From an uncultured Planctomycetota bacterium (lineage in GTDB: Bacteria > Planctomycetota > Planctomycetia > Gemmatales > Gemmataceae), in NCBI GenBank assembly GCA_963849325.1, contig CAWKHF010000002.1:352001-416000 (forward strand): a stretch of 64,000 nt of DNA, given 5' to 3'. Positions 35,269 to 46,845 of this stretch are shown here, one piece after another; within the stretch, counting starts at the first letter, position 1; each line of letters begins with the position of its first letter. Below the pieces are notes generated by a model that made no database searches, was not told the DNA's origin, and saw only the letters and a list, made by a program, of their open reading frames with translations. A program made the translations under genes and the position numbers.

Positions 35269-38200
35269 ATGATCGTCTGCACTCGTACTCCCGCAAGGCT
35301 GTCGTGGCTCGGCCGGCTCGCCGTGTTGATCCTGGGCGTCGTCTTTTTGCCGCTTTTGCCCGCACCCGCCGAGCCGCAGAAGAAGACGGCCACTCCGGCT
35401 GAATCCACGTCTCCGCCGGCAACTCCTTCCCCAGCGGCGAGCCAACCGCAGCCGGAGCCGGACGAGGACGCCGAATCGTTCCTGCCTAATCCGGTGCCTC
35501 TGCAGGGCCGAATCCTCACCATCGGCTCGGTGGCGTTTTCGCCCGACGGCAAACGCCTGGCGATGGGCGCCGGCTGGGTCGATCAGCCGGTGGGCGAGCT
35601 GCGCCTGTGGGACGTGGACAAGGGCCGCAGGATCGCCACCCTCCAGACGCCGCGCAGCGTGCGCTCGGTCGCTTTTTCTCCCGACGGCAAGAACCTGGCC
35701 AGTGGCGAACTCGATGGCGCCATCCGGTTGCGCGACCCGGACACCGGCGCGGTTCGGGCCACCCTTAACGGACCTGCGGTCGGCGTCAACTCCGTCGCCT
35801 TCTCGCCGGATAGCAAGCGGCTCGCCGTCGCGGGACTGGACAACGTCGTGACGATCTGGGACGTGTCGACGGGCAAAGAGCAGGGACGCTTGCAGGGGCA
35901 CATGGACAAGGTGGTGTGCGTGGCCTTCTCCTCCGACGGCAAGACGCTGGCGTCTTCCAGCCACGACCGCAGCGCCCTCCTGTGGGACGTAGGCTCGGGC
36001 AAGGCTCGGGCCACGCTCTCCGGACATGAAGGGGTGGTGGAGTTTCTCGCCTTTTCTCCCGACGGCAAGACCGTCGCCACGGCCAGCTGGGACGGCACGG
36101 TAAAACTGTGGGACGCCGCCACCGGCACCGAGCAGAAGACACTCCCCGGCGCGGGCGACATCGTGATGTGCGTGGCCTATGCGCCGGACGGCAAGACGTT
36201 GGCCGCCTCCGGACCCAACGGTCGAATCAAGCTTTGGGACGCGGCGACCCTGGAGGAACAGGCCATCCTCGAGCATCCGCCTCAGGGCATCTGGAGCCTG
36301 GCCTTCTCCGCGGACAGCAAACGTCTGGCCACGGGCAGCCGAGATGGCACGGTGAAGTTATGGGACGTGGCGGAGCGCAAGGAATCGGCCGCCGTGCAGG
36401 AAACACAAGGACGTCTCTTCGAGCCGCAGCCGGTCCTGGCGCTGGCCTACGCGCCGGACGGCAAGACGATGGCCATCGCCGGCGAGGAGGGCGGCGTGCA
36501 GATCTGCGACCTGGCCACGGGGAGCCAGCGTTTCCTCCTCAAGGGTCATGCCGATGTCGTCACCTGCCTGGCGTTTTCGCCGGACGGCAAGCTCCTGGCC
36601 ACCGGCAGCCCCGATCAGAAGATCAAGCTGTGGGACACGACCACCGGCAAGGAAGTCCGCACCCTGGAAGGGCATACCAGCTGGGTCTACGCTTTGGCCT
36701 TCTCGGCCGACGGCCAAACACTGGCCAGCGGCAGCTACGACAAGACCGTTCGCCTCTGGGATGCCGCCACCGGGCAGAACGTCCGCGTCCTCAAGGGCCA
36801 CAAAGCCTCGGTGCGCGCGGTCGCCTTCACGGCGGACGGCAAGACCCTCGCCTCGGGCGGCGGCGATCGCGCCATCAAGTTGTGGGACGCCGGCACCGGG
36901 GCGGAGCGCGTCACCCTCAAGGGGCATGAAGGCGGCGTGCGTGCGCTGGCCTTCGCGCCCGACGGCAAGACGCTGGCCAGTGCCGGCGAAGACCAGACCG
37001 CCCGACTGTGGGACGTGGACAAGGCCAGCGAGCGGAGCATCCTCAAAGGACACAACGACGAGGTCACGGTCCTCGCCTTCTCGCCGCGCGGCCGCACGTT
37101 GGTGACGGCCAGTCTCGATACGACGATCAAGGTCTGGGATCCCGAAGAGCGGCCGTCTGCGGGCCAACTTGCCGGGACATCCCGAGGGAGCGACGGCCGT
37201 GGCCATCGCGCCGAGCGGTCGTCAACTCGCCAGCGGTGGCCGGGACAAGACGGTCAAACTGTGGTCTCCCATCCTGCCTCCGCGCGTGGTCCTCGGCCCA
37301 CGCCTGACGCTGACTGGCCACGAAAAGCAGGTCTGGTTCGCCGTGCCCTCGCCGGACGGCAAACGCCTCGTCACCGGCGGCGATGACGGCAAAATTCGCC
37401 TCTGGGATGTGCGGCCCGATTCGCTGCACACCTCCTCGGTGCTGCCTTCCGTGGGCCTGGTCGTGGCCTTCACGCCCGACGGCCAAACGCTGGTCGTATC
37501 CTGCGGCAATGGCTCCATCCATCTTCTGGATGCCGCCACCGGCAAGGCACGGAGGATCCTGACGGGCCACAGCATGCCGGTCCTCTCGCTCGCCCTCAGT
37601 CCCGACGGGAAGAAGTTGGCCTCGGCGGCGGGCCAGTGGTCGGACACCAATCGGCCCGGCGAAATCAAGCTCTGGGACATGACGACCGGCAAGGAACTGG
37701 CCTCGTTCACGGGACACGAAAGCATGGTCCATGCCGTCGCCATCTCCCCGGACGGCAAGACCCTGGCCTCCGCCGGTTTCGATCGCACCGCTCGCCTTTG
37801 GGACATGGCCACCTTCAAGGAGCGAGCCGTCCTGACAGGGCACACGGCCTCCGTCCGCACGCTGGCCTTCGCGCCCGACGGCAAGACGCTGCTGACGGGA
37901 AGCTGGAACCCGGATCGGTCCATCAAGGTCTGGGACGTAGCCGATGGCAAGGAATTAAAGACGCTGCCGACGACACTGTTCGGGATCAACGGCCTCGCCG
38001 TGTCGCCGGACGGCAAGACGGTGGTAGTGTCCGAGCAAGCGCGCGGCCGCAATGCGCCGGGTCGGTTCCAGGTCCGTGACCGGCAAACGGGGGCGATGCG
38101 GGCCGACATCCACCTCCCCGGCGGACGCGCGGTGTTTGTGGCCTTCGCGCCGGATGGGCGGATGTTGGCGGTGGCGAGTGGCCGCGACCGGCAACACGGC

Positions 38201-39151
38201 GAGGTCGGCCTTTGGGACACGTCTACCTGGCAGCTCCAGGGCCGCATGACGGGCTTCCGCTCCCTCGTCGAGGGCGTCGCCTTCAGCCCCGACAGCAAGC
38301 GACTGGCTGCCGCCGGCCTGCCGGACGCGGGTCCGAGCGTCGTGAAAGTGTGGAACCTGACTGCCGCTCGTCCCCAGGGTCTCACCTTCGCGCACACCGG
38401 CTCGGCGATGTCCGCCGCCTTCTCTCCGGACGGCAAGATCCTGACCATCGGCCTTTCCGGCGGCACGGTGCAGCTATGGGATGCCCACGGAGGCGGCCGT
38501 CTGGAGGTGCTTAGCGGCCATACCGGACAAATCCGCGGCCTGGCCTTCTCCCCCGACGGCAAAACGCTGGCGACGGCCAGCAACGACAACACCGTCCGGC
38601 TGTGGGACGTGGCCACGTCCAAGGTGAAGGCCGTCTTGAACGGCCACCGCAATCGGACGACCGGAGTGGCTTTCACCCCGGATGGCAAATCGCTCGTTTC
38701 GGTGAGTTGGGACCAGACCGCGAAAGTGTGGGACGCCGGCACCGGCGCCGAGCGCTCCAGCTTCCGGATCCAGGGTCAAGTCTGGAGCATGGCGCTATCG
38801 CCAGACGGCAAGACGTTGGCAACGGCCAGTGGCCTGGGCACGATCAAGCTGTGGGACGTGGCCTCGGGTCGAGAACGGCGTACCCTGCCGTACCCGCCGC
38901 ACGCGCGGGGCGTGGCGTTCTCCCCCGACGGCAAAATGTTGGCCGCCGGTAACCTCGGCGGCGGCGTGAAGTTGTGGGACGTAACTAGCGGGCAGGAGAT
39001 CGCTTCGCTGGAAGGGCACCGCGACCTGATCTTCTCCGTAAGTTTCTCTCCGGATGGCAAGACGCTGACCAGCGCCAGCAAGGACGAGACGGCCCGATTG
39101 TGGCAGGTGCCCGCGATCATGACCGCACCGAACGAACAAGCGAGCCGGTGA
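35269..39151 (+). CDS. Exported or membrane-anchored WD40 protein, about 28 repeats (frameshift near 37145)
   Basis: Repeated GH..V..AFSPDGK.LA....LWD units after one hydrophobic segment. Confidence 0.92.
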
Positions 39152-39333
39152 TCCGGCGTCCACGCCCCGGTTGCCGGAACCTCCCCTTGCCCGGAATGCT
39201 AGAGTAACCTATGTGGGCTGATGGGTTCGCGTGTGGCAGCGCGATCGCCCGTGCCGCCTGGCTCTCGACATGCGCGGCCGGAAACGACGCTGTCAAGTCC
39301 TACACCCGCTTCCTTGTTTACGGAGGGCGATCC

Positions 39334-39725
39334 GTGCGCATCTGGAATTGGTTATTCGGGAAGAAAGAAAAGCCTGTCCTCTCGGCCATCAAGGAAAGGC
39401 CATTGCCTGTGGACGGCGATGGGAAACGCCGGCCCGGTGACAGTCTCGACGAGAGGACCGCGACTCCTGTCATTCGGGGAAGATGCCAAAGGTGACAGGT
39501 TCCGAGAGGCAGGCGCCGGCGAACGCGGAGGCGGAGAACCTCCGGCGGTGGCGGGAGTCCGGCGGAACGCGGACCTGGGTCGAGGAGCGCCAGGGCCGCT
39601 GGAACCACGACGATTGGCTCAACCTTCTCGACGAGCTGAAACGCTCCTCCTTCTGGCCGATGTCGGTGGATGCGGTGGGTCTGGCGTTGGAAGAGACCAA
39701 GGCGGAATGGCTCCGCCGAAATTAG
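39334..39725 (+). CDS. Hypothetical protein (probably one gene split by a frameshift near 39480)
   Basis: GGAGG RBS before GTG 39334; Trp-rich C-domain WVEERQGRWNHDDW. Confidence 0.5.
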
Positions 39726-39920
39726 GTCGTGTGGACCAAGGCGAGGTAAAGGGGGTAAAAGACAAGCCGGACTTCAAGCCACGCAGGGTCTGTCATGCGG
39801 CATCGCCATGCACTTTCGGATGCTGCTGTACGCCGCCCCACAGGGCTGGGGCCAGCTTCCACCTACGTTCGCGCTGACGGAGGCGCAGCATGACCGTGAA
39901 AGGAGTGATGCGAGAGCATT

Positions 39921-40814
39921 TCAAGGCGAGGGTCGCCGTTTACTCCGACTTCGACGCGAGGGTTGGCCGAGCAACTCCTGCCAGCTGGTCGTGGATCGCA
40001 TGCGCTGGAGCAAACCTTCCAGTTGCGCCAGATTGTCCATCCGCTCGATTACTGCGGCCGTTTGGGCATTCACGGGTCCGTAGGCGTCTTCGCCCAGCAG
40101 GCGAAGCATCCTCTTCGCCTCGGCCACGGCACCCTCCGTTCGTCCTTCTTCCAGGATGGCCTGATACGTCGAGGACTCTTTCATGGACAGCACTCCTCGG
40201 AATAACTGCGTCGCCAGGGCCGGCGAGTAACGCAGGCCCAGCAGGATGTACGCCGCCCCCCACACAACCGGGGTCAGCTTCCGTCCGCGCCGGCTGGTCA
40301 GGCGCTGTTCGATCTGCTTTATTATGCCCGGCAGTTCGGCTTCTGTCACGGCGCTGATGACCGCCAGCGGCAGCAGCCCCAAACCGCCGCTCAATAACGC
40401 TTGCGGCGGTAGTTGCCAGACGCGCACCACCCGGTAGCGAAAGATCAGGTACGCCTCCTCGCCGGGAAAGTCGCGCTGATACAGGCCCGTCAACTGAGGC
40501 GAATCGGCCTCCGGGCGCAGCAGCACGACACCGCTGCGCACGCGCAGGTCATGACGGTGCTCCAGTAAGCCGTGGCGCACCAGCATCATACTCGGCAGTG
40601 ACGCCGCATCGTGCCCGGCGACGAACTCCAGGTGCAGCAGATAGGGAGGGTCGGCCCAGACGCGCAGGACTTTGTCGGCGGCCCCGCTGACGGTGGCGAT
40701 GTCCGCGTCGATCACCGCCGTCGGCGCCTTCGGCTGTCCGAAAAAGATAGGCCACGACTCCGGCTCCGTCTCGACCAGCGCTTTGAGCGTCGGGTCATAC
40801 GGCTTGGCGCTCAT
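39921..40814 (-). CDS. Rpn/YhgA-like PD-(D/E)xK nuclease ('putative transposase') family protein
   Basis: YDPTLKAL, ADKVLRV..LLHLEF, VVRVWQ, GLLPLA, MKESSTYQAILEEGRTEG. Confidence 0.75.
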   Translation of the reverse strand: MSAKPYDPTLKALVETEPESWPIFFGQPKAPTAVIDADIATVSGAADKVLRVWADPPYLLHLEFVAGHDAASLPSMMLVRHGLLEHRHDLRVRSGVVLLRPEADSPQLTGLYQRDFPGEEAYLIFRYRVVRVWQLPPQALLSGGLGLLPLAVISAVTEAELPGIIKQIEQRLTSRRGRKLTPVVWGAAYILLGLRYSPALATQLFRGVLSMKESSTYQAILEEGRTEGAVAEAKRMLRLLGEDAYGPVNAQTAAVIERMDNLAQLEGLLQRMRSTTSWQELLGQPSRRSRSKRRPSP

Positions 40815-40958
40815 TCACTTGTCGCTGTCGGTGGGGGCGGTGCGCGGCAGATCGCGTTTTTGGTCGGGACGGTTCATGCCCTTCTCCTTGTCGCTGCCGC
40901 AACCGGGCACGACCGCGAGCAGCAAGGCGGTCAGGAGCAAGTAAACCCACGATCTCAT
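40815..40958 (-). CDS. Small lipoprotein (47 aa)
   Basis: MRSWVYLLLTALLLAVVPG-C; the stop codon abuts the next ATG. Confidence 0.7.
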   Translation of the reverse strand: MRSWVYLLLTALLLAVVPGCGSDKEKGMNRPDQKRDLPRTAPTDSDK

Positions 40959-41076
40959 GGACAGGTCCGCCTCGTGAAGCCACGGATAAGGGCGAAAGAT
41001 CGAAACGCAACAGGGCCAGTCGTGCTCGCCACGACTGGCCCCGAGTGTAGCCCGAAGGCAAAGCGAACAGGTGCGC

Positions 41077-41211
41077 TTACTTGGTTCCCGTGGCGCCGGT
41101 AGCGCCGGTCCCCTTGGGGCCAACGGCGCCGCCACTGGCCGTGGTCGAGCCGCAACCAACGGCGGCGACGGAGAAAGCAGCGACGAGGAGCAATGCGATC
41201 AGCTTCTTCAC
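41077..41211 (-). CDS. Small lipoprotein (44 aa), absent from the ORF track
   Basis: GAAAGGA RBS, GTG start: MKKLIALLLVAAFSVAAVG-CGSTTASGGAVGPKGTGATGATGTK*. Confidence 0.75.
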   Translation of the reverse strand: MKKLIALLLVAAFSVAAVGCGSTTASGGAVGPKGTGATGATGTK

Positions 41212-41390
41212 GGTGAGACCGTCCTTTCCAGTTTGTTCAGCCGGTTCCTTCAACCCCCCTGGCCATCCAGAGGGGTAGATCGTGTGGGTTCACAGCCACA
41301 TCTGCCTCTCCCCCGTTCATGAAGGGAGTTATGCTATAGCCGGGGCCAGTGCGAGGCAAGCCTGCCACCGAACGATATCTTCAAGGAAGA

Positions 41391-41777
41391 TTACTTCTTG
41401 TCGGCTTCCTCTTCGAGCGCCTTGGCCTCCTTTTCGAGATCCTCCGCCTCCTTATTGAGCTTGGCGATCTCGTCCTTCTTCTTCTCCTTATCCAACTTCT
41501 CCGCGGCGGCCCTCTTCTCCTTGGCCTGCTCCCTCTTCGACTTGGCCTGTTCGAGCTTCGCGGCCTTGTCGGCCTTCGCGGCCTTTTCCTTTTCGGCCAT
41601 GTCCTTTTTGTCCTTGTCCTGGTTGGCCTTGTCCTTGTCCTTGTCCTTGTCGGCCTTATCCTTCGACGTGTCCTTCGGAGTCTTCGTGGTGCTGGTGGTC
41701 TTGGTGGTCGTCGGGGGGCAACCCGTGGTCAGGCCGAGCAGGCCGCCGATCACCAGCAGCGCGAGCAGTTTCTTCAT
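41391..41777 (-). CDS. Lys/Asp/Glu-rich lipoprotein
   Basis: GAAAGGA RBS, MKKLLALLVIGGLLGLTTG-C, then KD repeats and a coiled-coil. Confidence 0.8.
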   Translation of the reverse strand: MKKLLALLVIGGLLGLTTGCPPTTTKTTSTTKTPKDTSKDKADKDKDKDKANQDKDKKDMAEKEKAAKADKAAKLEQAKSKREQAKEKRAAAEKLDKEKKKDEIAKLNKEAEDLEKEAKALEEEADKK

Positions 41778-42103
41778 GGTGTTTTCATCCTTTCCGATAC
41801 GTGGAGGGAAGCAAAACGCTTCCGCCGTGCGCCCCAGCGGCGCACGATCCATGAGTAGGATGCGCCTCGGCGGAAATTATTCCCGAAAAAATCATCGTCC
41901 GACGACGAAAGAACAAGTCCCATCCAGCGAAGGACTTTTGTGCTGGCATGACGGGGGCAATCCGCGTAAGGTGAAACACTCGCCACCCGCCGACGTCCGC
42001 CGCGGAGGAGTCCGCGGGGCGTTGCGACCCTATTCGGCGTTTTTCCGCCGCGCAGGGAATAAATCGCCCCGATGCGGGTTCATGCTACTAGAGGACATGC
42101 ATC

Positions 42104-42654
42104 ATGGGTAAGCCCGGCAGTCCACAGATGGTACAACGGCTCGTCGAGGAACACTACGCCACCCTGTACCGCTATGCCTACCGCCTATCCGGTTCGTCCG
42201 CCGATGCCGAGGATCTGACGCAGGAAGCGTTCTGCAAGGCCCAGCTCAACTTCGGCCAGCTCCGCGATCTCGCCCGCGCCCGGCCGTGGTTGTTCAGCAT
42301 CTTGCGCAACGCCTACCTGCATCGCCTCCGGGCCGAGCGGCAGCAGAACTGTGTCCCGCTCGAAGGGATCGGCGACCTGGCTGAGCCGTTGCCCGACCCG
42401 CTGCCGGACATCGACCCGGAACGCTGCAACAAGCGCTCAACGAACTGCCCGAGGCGTTTCGGACGCCGATTATCCTGTACTATTTCGAGGATTTTGGTTA
42501 TCGAGAGATTGCCGAGCAGATGGATCTGCCGATCGGAACGGTGATGTCTCGTTTGGCGCGGGCCAAGGCCCACCTCCGCGTCCGGCTGCTGGAGCCGGAG
42601 CCGCCGGTGCTGGCCAACGGCCGCGTCCCTCGGAGGGCGACCGATGGATTGTAA
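42104..42654 (+). CDS. ECF RNA polymerase sigma factor (frameshift near 42425)
   Basis: LYRYAYRL..DAEDLTQEAF, WLFSILRN, YREIAEQMDLPIGTVMSRLARA. Confidence 0.92.
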
Positions 42655-43388
42655 CACCGCCCGACTGTTGCTCGACTTCGCTCGTCCCCGGCCGCGCGAG
42701 CTGGAAGCGGAGGAGGCCGGCGCCCTGGAGGGCCACCTCGACCGCTGCTCCGAGTGCCACGGCCTGGCCGACGGCCAGCGCCGACTCGACGAACGGCTCG
42801 GCCAGGCCATGCGTCAGGTCGAAGTGCCGGCCGGCTTGCACGAACAGCTGCTGGCTCGCCTGGAGTCCGAGCGCGGCGAATGGCACCGCCGCCGCTTCGC
42901 CCACACGGCTCGTATCGCTGTCGCCGCCGCCGCTGTCCTTGTGCTGGGATGGGCCGGCTGGCACTGGATGCTCGAACGCGCCTCGCACGCCCATCGACCC
43001 GGAACAGGTCGCCATCGTCCGTCAACAGTGAAGCTGCCGAAGATCCGCGCGGCAAGGTCGAGGCGGCCCTCAAGCACCTGGGCGTGGAGACGCCCCTGTC
43101 GCCCCTGCTCAATTACAACTGGCTGATCTGCGCCTCCCAGCGTGGCCGAGCTGCCCGGCTACCCCGGCCTGAAGGTGGCGATGCTGGTCTTCTCCGCGCG
43201 AGGGACGGCACGCCCGCGTCTATCTCGTCCCTGCCCAACGCCTCCCGGACGGTGCTCCCCTCGTCGTCGGCGGAGGCACCTACAAGGTGGAGGTCCTTCC
43301 TTCCCCGGATGGACCCTACACGTTCCTCGTCGTCCACGACGGCGACAATCTCGACTGGCTCCGTCCCCCCGAACCACCCGCAACGTAA
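42644..43388 (+). CDS. Zinc-finger (zf-HC2/ZAS) membrane anti-sigma factor (frameshifted)
   Basis: MDC...HLDRCSEC, one TM segment; overlaps the sigma factor stop. Confidence 0.8.
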
Positions 43389-43529
43389 AATCCGAAATCC
43401 GAAATCCGAAATCCGAAAGAAATCCCAAACCCCAATACCCAAACCCAAAACCCTCAGCGTCTCGGTTTCGGGATTTCGGTTTCTTCGGATTTCGGATTTC
43501 TTTCGGATTTCGGATTTCGGATTTCGGAT
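43388..43529. repeat. Mirrored (AAATCCG)n / (CGGATTT)n tandem repeat between convergent genes
   Basis: aaatccg x4 plus degenerate units ... degenerate units plus several cggattt. Confidence 0.9.
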
Positions 43530-44399
<870 letters not shown>

Positions 44400-44461
44400 G
44401 AGGGTCAACTCTCATGTCCGATTCGTATTCGCGAGCGGCTCGGCGAGTCGCCGCGAAACTG

Positions 44462-44949
44462 CTATTCGCTCTCCCGCTTCCGCAGCAGATATTTTCGGCT
44501 CACATCGACGAGGAAATCGCCGGCCAGCGCCTCGCGGCCCAGGATCATGCGATAGCGCATGCTCGACCGATTGGTGATCGTGATGCGGATGCGCTTGTGG
44601 ACCGGGCCGATGCGCACGGCCGTCTCGACAACCGGCCGCTCCTCGCGCATCCCGCCGGTATTGCGGACGACGACCGTCCGCAACACCGGCGTGTGGATGC
44701 GCGTGAAGCGTCCGGGATGCCGGCGGTCCAGGGCCAAGCAGCAGCGTGGCCATCAGGCCGCCGCCGGCGGTCTCGTTCAGCTCGTAGCGGACCACGTCCA
44801 GCGCGGAGGTGCGCGCGCCGGTATCGACCTTGACGCGGATGCGGCGCAGGTCCCACTCGGTGAACTCCAGGTACTCCTTCCAGCCGATCCGCAGGGGCTG
44901 CGCGGATCGGCGAGGCGGCATCGTGCGGACGCGCGGACGGCTCCAGCAT
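44462..44949 (-). CDS. RimK-associated retropepsin-like ('ATP-dependent Zn') protease (frameshifted)
   Basis: IGWKEY, KVDTGARTSAL, EERPVV, TNRSSMRYRMILGR. Confidence 0.85.
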
Positions 44950-44959
44950 GTCGGCAATC

Positions 44960-46378
44960 TCCCTTGAGTGCCGGCCGCTCGCGGCGTCCCACACGACCGT
45001 CCGCGGCCGATCCCTGCGTTCGTCGCTCGCCTCTTCATCCGTCCACCGGGGCGAATAGCGAGAGCGGTCGGCGCTCTCGCCGTTGGGGACGAAAAGCTCC
45101 GTGGAGGATCGCCGCGCCTCCGCAACGATCCGCGCTTGCGCCGCCATTGCTGCCATTGCAGAACGCACAGCACGGCCACCACCACGCCGGTCAGGAAACT
45201 GACCGTGACGTGTCGCCAGTCCGGCAGCACCGTGGCCGACGGAGGCGAGCGGGGTTGCGTCAGCGCCCCGAGGGACGGTGCGCGCCTCCTGATAGGAAGC
45301 GGCGGCCATGCCGCCTAACTCATTGACGACCGGGCCGAGGCCCGGCGCCGTCAGACCGCCGCGCGGGGCCAATGCCCAAAGGATCGCCGCCTGCAAGCGC
45401 CGATTCTCCCCGCCCAGCGACGGATCGTTGAACAGCTTCTCGTAGACGGGCACGGCCTCGCGGAGAATGAGATGATGTCGCCGCAACTCGCGGTTGCCCA
45501 GCTTGAGTTGTTCGGCCAGATAGCCCAGCACCGAGAAGGCCCAATCGACCTGGCCGCGAGCATTGAGCAGTTCGCCGTACAGCCAGTAAAGCCGGTTATC
45601 CAGCGGACGCCACAGCAGGAGCTGCAGAACCACCTTCTCGGCATCGGCCGGCAAGCGATTTGCTTGCTCGAAGGCGATGCCGCCGGCCTCGTACTCGCCC
45701 TCGCGGCCGATGAACTGCACTTTCGGAAAGAGGTCGTAGAAGCGCGGAAACTCGACCGCCGGTCGTACCTGGTTGCGGATCACTTCGCGCTGACGCATCT
45801 GCATCACCGTCAAAGCGTACTCCTCGGCGTGATGATACCAGCCATTTTCCCAGCGATTCCATCCGGCCCACAAGGCCGGCCAGGCCCGCAACGCCTCCCG
45901 TTGTGTATCAATGGCCCGCTGCAGCAAGTCATCCTGTTCCTGGTAGGCACTGGCCAGGTTGAGCAACAAGAGAAAACGTATCGGATCGTCCGTCGGGACG
46001 ACGCTTCGAGATTCTTCGAGTGTCCCTTGGGCCTGGGTGTACCGCCCCAGCCGGATCAAGCACGCGCCGAGATTGACGCGGTCGAGGGGGCTGAGGGTGC
46101 CGGTTCGCTGTTTCTCTTCGAGGTCGGCGAGCTGCTTCAAATAGGCGACGCGCAGCGAATCCCGTCCGGCGGGGAACTGCGGATTGACAGAGCGGTCATC
46201 GATGGCGCGAAGCTCGGCCAGGTGGATCATGACCTGCTTGACCGGGTCGAGGTTCTGGATCTGCGCGAAATCGACGGGGAACTTGCGCGGCGCGTCGAGG
46301 TTGTAGACGCCGGCGCAATGGCGCGATGTCCGTCGAAACGCCCGCCAGGACCGCCAGGCTCAGCAACACGCGACGCAT
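44960..46378 (-). CDS. TPR-like exported protein with C-terminal TM segment (frameshifts, ends approximate)
   Basis: Signal peptide, NLGACLIRLGRY and LYWLYGELLNARG helical repeats, TM near the end. Confidence 0.6.
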
Positions 46379-46390
46379 GGTCTACCCTCG

Positions 46391-46708
46391 TCACTCGTCC
46401 TTCACGGATGGACCCCAGCGCTGTTGTTCCTCCGCCGTGATCCGCCGTCCGCCCGACAGGTTGGTCCAGAGCACCAGTGGGGTGTAGATCAATCCCCAGG
46501 GGATGCACCACCAGCCGAGCAAGAGAGACAGGATCGCATACGGAAGACCCTTCCGCCATCCGCGTTGTCCGGGCGCAGATCGCACCAGAGGGCTGGGACG
46601 ACGCAAACTGAAGAATACCAGGGAGATACAATATTCGTAGAAGACCAGACGCTCGCCGCCGGCGGCCGAATCCACAGGGGGCCGGTCGTCCTGTCCCGCA
46701 AGCCGCAT
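46391..46708 (-). CDS. Hypothetical membrane protein
   Basis: YEYCIS..RRPS..LLLGWWCIPWGLIYT; a TGnTATAAT element lies upstream at about 46769-46777 on the minus strand. Confidence 0.65.
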   Translation of the reverse strand: MRLAGQDDRPPVDSAAGGERLVFYEYCISLVFFSLRRPSPLVRSAPGQRGWRKGLPYAILSLLLGWWCIPWGLIYTPLVLWTNLSGGRRITAEEQQRWGPSVKDE

Positions 46709-46845
46709 GGTCGTGTCGTCCTGGTTGGCACTCGATGGGTCAACGTTGTCCTGCTCGTTGCCGAGTTTATTATAGCAAAGGGGGTGCGAAGTGTCGGCCC
46801 CTGGGAAGTAACGACCAGCCCGGAGCATTCGCGACCGGGCTTCCG

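Noticed and set aside
35500-39100. DNA repeat array or DGR template/variable repeats
   Set aside because: The periodicity is explained by WD40 coding repeats. I saw no adenine-specific mismatch pair and no reverse transcriptase gene.
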